A DNA stretch of 64,000 bases. Source: Minutocellus sp. GHC0000111 (Eukaryota). Made by a program: the position numbers and the translations under genes. The notes below the pieces were generated by a model. It made no database searches and was not told where the DNA came from. It saw only the letters and a list, made by a program, of their open reading frames with translations. Location: positions 2,108,001-2,172,000 of the forward strand of contig OZ361260.1 of NCBI GenBank assembly GCA_977018835.1. The letters are read 5' to 3'. This document shows, in pieces, positions 57,114-64,000 of the stretch (the first letter of the stretch is position 1; every line of letters begins with the position of its first letter).

Positions 57114-58737
57114 ATGAGGCCCTCGGTGAATAGCAACGGCGGAGGCTCGCCCGCCTCTCCCTCCAGCGGTGGCGGCGGTAGCAGCGGCACCGAGTCGTCC
57201 AATGCAGCAAGGAATAATAATGGCAGCAAGAACGGCAAAACCAGCACATCATCATCGTCCACCTCCGCCAACAACTCCACTGTCTTTCTTCGTCCACACG
57301 TCTACTCCTACACGTGTCGCGGTGCTCTGCACATGGAGTCCGGCAACAATGCCAATAGCGACGCAGATACCAACAACAAACCTCCCACCAGCCACAATTC
57401 CGGCGACGTCCAAAACCTACCGGGCCTGCCGCTGTGCAACGGAATCGCCACCGAGCTGCGGCACGTCACGACCCTGCCGACCGCCCGAACGAACGACGAG
57501 GCCGTCCAAATGTTCCAGCAGGTCCTCCCCAGCACCAAGGTGGTGGCATCGAACGACGAGAATGCGTACGAGCGCGCGGCGGGGAATGGCAGTGGTAATT
57601 ATGGGGGCGGCGGTGGGGGTGGGCATCATCACGACCACCACTCGGCCACGCCAACTCGGGGGTACGATCCCAATATATCGGTGATGCACTCGGTGTCGTG
57701 CTACGGATCGACGGATGTCAATGTGCTGACCGTGCAGGAGATTGAGACGGCACCCGTCGGTGTTGTTGGGGAAGAGGATGGCGAGGGAGATGCCGTCGGC
57801 AGATCGCACCGACAACAGGAATTCCAGGACCCATTCGAGGCAATGCTGGGCAACGTCTTTGGTAACAGCAGTGGCGCTGGCGGTGGGCCGGGGGGGGATA
57901 TTCGGTCCGTTCGGTGGTTTCAGCGGCGGTTCGACATCTCGATCGGTATCGCAGTCGACGCGGGTTGTCAACGGACAAACCATCACGACCAAGGAAGTTA
58001 CGACCGTCGATCAGAATGGGAAGCGACATGTTGAGAAGGAGACGACCATTCGCAATCGCGATGGTACTGTAGAGGTGATCAAGGACGATGGCTCTGGTGG
58101 TGGTTTCGAAGGAGAGAGCAATGGACAGGAGTCGCAGGGATATGGTGGCAGCAACAACCAGAGTCAACACATGGGCCAGGTCTTTCCTCCCGTCGCCACT
58201 CCGTTTGGTGGTAGGTCACCCTTCGGTCCGCCCCATCGCATAGTTCGGCAGTCGGAACCACAGGTTGTTGCAGTCGTCCCGGAGTGCAAGCTGGGAGTTA
58301 CGGTGAGCAGCGTGGAGACCGATACCGAGGGAGATACCATCGCTTCCTTCCGAGTTGGCCCGGTCGAAGTGGCCGTGGGAGATAGCTACGACATTGTCGA
58401 GGAAGACGGAGATAGCAGTCGCCACTATGGAGATGGTACCGCAACCAATATTGACAGTGCCAACGGTCAAGGTGACGCAAGCGGCGATCGGAGGAAGAAG
58501 AAGGAATGGAACATGGACGAGATCGAAGCAAAACTTTTATCCACCATGGACAAGACGGCCGCCTCTATGAAGAAGAATGCCGAGATGCTCTCCGACGCGG
58601 TTTCCGATGATTTTCCTTCTCGAGTCTTGAAGGGAGGAGAGCGTGTCGTGGGCAACTTTGACAAGACACTCGATCGGATGGGAAAGCTCGCCTCGGACCT
58701 TTACGGTTGGGCTTCAGGTGACAGTGGAAGGAAGTAG
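57114..58737 (+). CDS. Hypothetical protein, frameshifted at the G-run 57890-57897
   Basis: ORFs 57018..58034 and 57742..58737 join at the G homopolymer into a coherent G/F-rich reading (GGGPGG-IFGPFGGFSGG). Confidence 0.6.
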
Positions 58738-58857
58738 TAGTCTGAATAGAGCTACATAATAGATCTCAACTGCATAGATTAGATGAGCAAGAAGTAGAGG
58801 CTTACTGTGCAATTGCTTCAAGTGAAGACCCAACCAAAAGTATGTCTTTTAGACTTA

Positions 58858-61800
58858 TTATTGCTGCTTCTTGAGCTCAGCGTCAATTCGTTTCCGTATT
58901 CCTCCTAGATCAACACTGACAACTGCCCACCAGACTGCAGCTATGGAACACAAGATGAGAACAGGCGGAAAGCCGAATAGAGTCTTTGTGCCATCCTCTG
59001 CGACACTTCCGACGCCTGTGGTGGCCATGATGTGTCCAATCGCCGAGGTGAGGAAGGCGGCACTGCCACCGCCCCACCTATTTGCTAGAGTGTCCACAAT
59101 GGGCTTGGCATCATACCGGGCTTCAGCCGAGAGTCCCCTCCATAGAGACTCTCGCACTGGCTTGGCAACCGCAAAGTTCATTACCTTGGTAAATTCGTCA
59201 AGAAGCAAGAAAAGCGTTAGGTTCGGCGCCTGTCCGGCTCCCTGGACGTGCCACCAGGCCAGCATAAGGACGCCAAACATTCGAATCATTGGCATTAGCA
59301 CGAGTGTGCCGTACTGACCACATGAACTAGCGATAAATGCACCAAGCCCAGATGCCTGCAAAGCAAACACTGCCACGCTGCTTGCCACATTTACATTGGC
59401 CAAGAAGGCTGTGTCACGTTCAGTGGATGTCGCCTCAACAGTACGATTCGCAACCAGCTCCGCCCGTTGGAAAGATATCAAGACAGAGGTGGTGGCAGCG
59501 AGGGCATTGTATGTAAAGATGCACATGAGCAGTCGCGATGTCAATATAGTCTTGATGCCACGCAAAAGCCTTTGCTTGAAGGAACTATCCTCAACAACAT
59601 CACTGCGGTCGGTAGCACTGCTTGCAACAGAATCATCTCCTCGTTGCTGTTTTGATTTGGACTTGGTATCTCGCTTCCTGCCAGCATCGGCCAACGAGCC
59701 CATACTTTTTGCGCTTCGTTTCATGCCGGTCGGGGCTGGCGGCTCGTTGTTGTCTGAGCTACTAAGAGAAGCCGCCGACCGAGCTCTTTGCATACTAGTG
59801 ATGGAATTTCCAGATGCAATGCGTTTCATGCTACCAAGACTGGCCACTCGCTTCATTGACGAGTCTACTTTGTCGCCCGATATTTCTTTGTTCTCGGCGA
59901 GACTAGCGAGGCTGGTAGAAGATGCCAAATTACCCGCAGACTGCAACCCAAGCGTCGCCAAATCACCACAACTCATGATTCGTATTTGCTCCTCTTGCCA
60001 GTGCCTCAGCATAATCGTACCAAGCTCAATCGAAAGCTCGGCCGACAACGCCAAAAGAATGGCCGCCACGACTAGTAGGCCAGATATGTGCAATGTTCGC
60101 GCTAGACCCGAGGCGATGACGCTGCCCAAAATACCACCCAGTGTGCCGCCAAACCCTACGAATGCCAATCGCTTGAGACGAATTCGCGACCGCGAGCCAG
60201 CTTTTTGTTGCTGTTGTTGCTGCTGTTCCCTTTGCTGCTGTCGTTGTCGCTCTTGCTCGGCCTCCTGATGCTGTGCATTGGTTGGAGCGACCTCTCCCGA
60301 CGGGATACTGGTAAGGACTGGCCGATGCTTGTGAGCCGGATGTGAGCCATGGTGAACGTAATGCGGTGCCGAGTATCGTCGTGCAGGACTAGCGGCATTG
60401 CGATGCCTACTGCCTTCGCTGTGCCAAGCAGACTCGGCCGCCCTTGCCTCTTCCTCTTCCAATCGTTGTCGCTCTCGCTTCTCGGCCTGCTCTTCGTATT
60501 CCATGGCTTCCGACGTTACTCCCCAGATGAGGCTAAGAGAATGCAATTTCATCAAGTGAACCACGAGAAAGAAGGCGACATAGAATAACTTACCAAATCG
60601 GGACTTGACTATTCGGGTCAAGATGCGCTTGAGGAGGGCAAGGAATGTACTCATCCCAAGGGGTAACATCGACATCATCGACGCCATGGTTTCGGATTCG
60701 GATTCCGTAGTCACGCACTGTCCCTCCTCTGCACCATACCCTTGTCCAGCTGAACATTCTCCTTCGACTGATAATGTCTCCGTCTTGCTATCGTCTGCCA
60801 TCCCACCCATTATTTCTACAATCTTGAATCCCATGGCATACCCTACCAAACACAGCGCAAAGCATCGATAAAACAGCGCCAGGCTGGTGCCCTGCGTTTC
60901 TCCTCGGGTCAAGCCGACCCGGTTGAAGAACCGTCCCCTCCGGGCTGGGTTGGGCGCCTCGAACAACCACCCCACCGGAACGCTGCTGGCCAACGCCAGG
61001 ACGGTGCTGGCCAAGGTCAGGGCGGGGATGTAGTCCACACCGACGGCCAGGGCGGCCGCATCTCGCATCGGACTGAGCATGTACGAGCTGCACGTTACGA
61101 GGAGGAGGGAGAGGAATCCCGCCAAGGCCGAACCGGAATGCGTATGACGAAGTTTATTGGGAATGCATCGCTGAGATAAAACTGTTAGAATTCTGCCAGT
61201 GACGGATGTAGAAAAGGTCCCGACCGTCCCGAGCTGCTGATATACGTATGGTTTTTGGGTTGTGCTATGAGCTGTACTTGCAGTGATGGTTGAGGCTGAA
61301 TGTAGTGGTGTTTGTTGCGGTGCATGCGCATGTAATCCCGAGGGCATGTCTGTCGTCGCGGCTCCACTGTCATCTTCTGTATCCAGTGCAAATGCTTCGG
61401 CCGTAAAGCTCGGCTGAGCCCCTGTCTCTGTTTGTGCCTCGGTCTGTTGTGCTTGGAACTGCCGCCGTTTGGCCGCAGCTGCCGCCGCTGCCGAAGACGA
61501 CGACGGATACACCTCCCGATCGGGCGGAGTCGTCGACCGAGACGCATCGTCCGGCGACGGCGGAGCCCCGAGGACGCCCCTATCGTTGGACGCAGACGCG
61601 GAGGCCAAGGCCGATGCAGTGCTCGGCTGCTGGGCCGCCGAACCTGCACCGCTGCCGCCGCCGCTTATGACGCCAAAATTCAAATTAGTAGCTCCGGTAT
61701 CTGATACCGCATGCGTTACCGCTGCGGCTACCGCGGCTCCCATGGTTCCCTTGTCGTCACTATTTATTGCCATGTGCTGCGGCTCCAACTCAAGCTGCTG

Positions 61801-62208
61801 CCGGGAGTCTTCCTCGACGTGAGTCTCTCCGCCTGCATCTCCGTCGGGCCAGTCGTTGAGCTGCCACTCGTCGCTCATGTCCGCATCGATCGCCGTCGCG
61901 TCGGCCGCCTCGGTAGCGCCCAGCAGAGGCGATGCTATCGTGGGAACATCGGCATCACCGCCAGCGGAGGTATCATCAGAAATTCTAGTATCGGAACTCG
62001 ACATGGTTGGTGGTGCCTTCTTGGCAGTGGTATCTACCGCACCGACACTTGACGGCGGCAACTCCGCACAACTGCTGCTACTCGTGTTGGTTTCTTGATG
62101 CGTACCGGAAAGGCCGCCGCTGAGGAAGGACGAGACCACCGCCTCGTGCTGCTGATCGTCACGGCCGTCTCCTCCTTCTGCGTCTGGAGATGTTTGGGGC
62201 GTTGCCAT
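58858..62208 (-). CDS. TLC/NTT-family (ATP/ADP translocase-like) MFS transporter with long disordered insertions
   Basis: SYMLSPMRDAAAL, GGTLGGILGS, AKPVRESLW, RYDAKPIVDTLANRWG, and multiple TM segments. Confidence 0.75.
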   Translation of the reverse strand: MATPQTSPDAEGGDGRDDQQHEAVVSSFLSGGLSGTHQETNTSSSSCAELPPSSVGAVDTTAKKAPPTMSSSDTRISDDTSAGGDADVPTIASPLLGATEAADATAIDADMSDEWQLNDWPDGDAGGETHVEEDSRQQLELEPQHMAINSDDKGTMGAAVAAAVTHAVSDTGATNLNFGVISGGGSGAGSAAQQPSTASALASASASNDRGVLGAPPSPDDASRSTTPPDREVYPSSSSAAAAAAAKRRQFQAQQTEAQTETGAQPSFTAEAFALDTEDDSGAATTDMPSGLHAHAPQQTPLHSASTITASTAHSTTQKPYVYQQLGTVGTFSTSVTGRILTVLSQRCIPNKLRHTHSGSALAGFLSLLLVTCSSYMLSPMRDAAALAVGVDYIPALTLASTVLALASSVPVGWLFEAPNPARRGRFFNRVGLTRGETQGTSLALFYRCFALCLVGYAMGFKIVEIMGGMADDSKTETLSVEGECSAGQGYGAEEGQCVTTESESETMASMMSMLPLGMSTFLALLKRILTRIVKSRFGKLFYVAFFLVVHLMKLHSLSLIWGVTSEAMEYEEQAEKRERQRLEEEEARAAESAWHSEGSRHRNAASPARRYSAPHYVHHGSHPAHKHRPVLTSIPSGEVAPTNAQHQEAEQERQRQQQREQQQQQQQKAGSRSRIRLKRLAFVGFGGTLGGILGSVIASGLARTLHISGLLVVAAILLALSAELSIELGTIMLRHWQEEQIRIMSCGDLATLGLQSAGNLASSTSLASLAENKEISGDKVDSSMKRVASLGSMKRIASGNSITSMQRARSAASLSSSDNNEPPAPTGMKRSAKSMGSLADAGRKRDTKSKSKQQRGDDSVASSATDRSDVVEDSSFKQRLLRGIKTILTSRLLMCIFTYNALAATTSVLISFQRAELVANRTVEATSTERDTAFLANVNVASSVAVFALQASGLGAFIASSCGQYGTLVLMPMIRMFGVLMLAWWHVQGAGQAPNLTLFLLLDEFTKVMNFAVAKPVRESLWRGLSAEARYDAKPIVDTLANRWGGGSAAFLTSAIGHIMATTGVGSVAEDGTKTLFGFPPVLILCSIAAVWWAVVSVDLGGIRKRIDAELKKQQ

Positions 62209-63064
62209 TGCCAAGTTATTGTATTATTGTCTTTCCAAGAGGGGAGTTCGTTCCCACCCTCGTGCCACATGCGTTTGTGCTCGTTGACTGAAACGGGAAC
62301 CGGGATGGGTGGTTTTTGGCTGGCTTCAACACCTCCGGGTTGTTTTCTTCCTTGGTCGAGCGAGTCAAATGGCGGTAACCGATGACATTTTCCTTCTTTC
62401 TTCCTCGCGTCATGCGGCCAGATTGATTTAGGATCGAGCGAGTCCAAAAGCGCGTCATCGAGCGAATTTTGTTACTCCAAGTAGCATTTATGTATTTAAG
62501 CCCAATATCAGAACCATTTAGCTTGTTCAAATTGCAGTGTTATAAAAACTGGTTTTGATGTTTGTATTTTTGATGCGAGCTATCGCAGAACCAGCTGGCG
62601 GGACCACCTGGCCACCTCAAGCATTTCTCGTTGAAATTTTGTCTGGAGGAGGCAAATGCGAGAAATGCCGAAGAAGGCCGCCAACCACCGGTGTTCTTCT
62701 TCGATATTTGCATAAACCAACTGGCGAAGGTCCACATATTTGCCAGTTGGTCGATAGGAAGGCCAATAACTTCATCAGTCTTCCATCTGTATCTTTGATT
62801 GGTACCGATTGACTGTTTTTTTCGCCATTCGCGCACCCTGTCAACACCGACCGAAAACCCTTCGACACGAAGATTCATTCTCGAAACATTTATTGCGGAG
62901 GAATCGACGAAGCAACGAAAAGAGCGAAGAAGAGGTCCTCGTTCGACAGAATCCGTCGATCGATTGCGACGAAAACCATCTCGATTCATTCGTATCTTTG
63001 TCTCGAACCGCAGATCGAAAAAATATTTCACGTGCAAAGTTACCTTCATACACAACGACATAAC

Positions 63065-64000
63065 ATGGGCCACCGCGTGAGCACCCTCACCAACGACGGT
63101 AGCAGCAGCTGCTGCTGCCCGGGCAACGCAACGCCTCGACCAGATAGAACCATCAGCAGAGCAACCTTCCTCTTAATGATTGTCGGCCTTGCAGCCGCAT
63201 CGTCGAGCTCCACCTCATGCTTGTCAACGATGACGTCTACTAGCCCCGGCTCATATCCCATGCGACGACCGCCGTCCAGAAGAATCGGTAGCAGAAGCAA
63301 CTCGTGCTGCTTCGTCGCGGCGGTCGATCCTCAACATAGTCGACAGCAACAACAACAACGAATATCATCGCATCCACAACAATACCCATTGTCAGTAGAG
63401 TCCACAGAAAGCAACACACATGCCGGAACTCGATTTAGTTACCGACGAAGGCGGCCTCTCTCGAATTCACAGCTAGACGCCTTTTCGTCCTTAACACTAC
63501 CTGACGGCGATGACAACAACATGCCTTCTTCTAGTATATCGTCCTCTCACGGCGGGACGCAACGTCTCCTCGAACTGAGGGCACATACGATGAGTCCAAC
63601 CGTCATGCGAAAGGCATCGGGGAGCAGCCAAAAGGGAGGCATTCCCCTGTCATCGTACACACTGGGGCTGCGACCTCAGTCCAATCCGGTAACTCGGCCC
63701 AAGGGTGGGAGACGACGGACCGGAGGTGGGGGCGGCAGTAGCAATGGTGGCGGCGACAACTCCAACCGCAACAACAAACGACCGCGCAACGCACGTGATT
63801 TCCCCCCTCATTTAGCCGCGGCTCTGGGTCCGACGGCCTTCGATCCCGAGAATGGCGACCTCGTCCTTGACGATGAGGAGTACGAACGGCGCAAGATGGA
63901 ATGGGCCAAACGATATACCGACGTCAATACTTTGCGGGAGACCTTTGGGACGAACCGCAACCAGCTGTGGGGTGATTTGGATCCCGAAACCACCCGCCGA
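63065..64000 (+). CDS. Hypothetical protein, 3' end outside the window
   Basis: Frame stays open from ATG 63065 to the window end; signal-like FLLMIVGLAAA; globular-looking end WAKRY..LRETFGTNRNQLWGDLDPETTRR. Confidence 0.65.
   Translation, partial: MGHRVSTLTNDGSSSCCCPGNATPRPDRTISRATFLLMIVGLAAASSSSTSCLSTMTSTSPGSYPMRRPPSRRIGSRSNSCCFVAAVDPQHSRQQQQQRISSHPQQYPLSVESTESNTHAGTRFSYRRRRPLSNSQLDAFSSLTLPDGDDNNMPSSSISSSHGGTQRLLELRAHTMSPTVMRKASGSSQKGGIPLSSYTLGLRPQSNPVTRPKGGRRRTGGGGGSSNGGGDNSNRNNKRPRNARDFPPHLAAALGPTAFDPENGDLVLDDEEYERRKMEWAKRYTDVNTLRETFGTNRNQLWGDLDPETTRR

Noticed and set aside
57890..57897. Programmed ribosomal frameshift at the G-run
   Set aside because: A homopolymer length error or slippage mutation is simpler; no stimulatory structure was identified.
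62216..63060. ORFs or a TCGA-rich element between the transporter and the last gene
   Set aside because: No recognisable protein, terminal inverted repeat or target-site duplication; treated as promoter/UTR.
1..64000. tRNA or rRNA genes
   Set aside because: None recognised by eye; tRNAscan-SE or Infernal would be needed to exclude them.

Overview
Gene-dense eukaryotic DNA with short GT-AG introns, most likely from a diatom (silicanin-like gene, SKN1/KRE6-type GH16, diatom-type LRR and Pro/Ser/Thr-repeat surface proteins). It carries about 25 protein genes, a decayed CpG-depleted PIF1/Helitron-like helicase at the left edge, and a TIR- and TA-bounded Tc1/mariner element inside an intron. Five points stand out. 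(1) Many genes, including normally essential ones (thiolase, ABCE1, RPC3), carry single in-frame stops, a broken splice acceptor or frameshifts, suggesting a decaying duplicate or homeologous copy, or an error-prone assembly. (2) A silicanin-like ORF lacks its membrane anchor and runs in frame into a selenoprotein-H-like C-terminus, followed by a SECIS-like hairpin. (3) Four secreted or membrane proteins share a 6-Cys module, and two of them share an unrecognised repeated ~140-aa domain. (4) Intergenic DNA is dotted with TA-punctuated palindrome chains whose TACGTA unit matches the predicted excision footprint of the resident mariner. (5) Two paralogous ShKT genes end tail-to-tail with their stops 1 bp apart. 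All family calls come from motif recognition; no searches were run.
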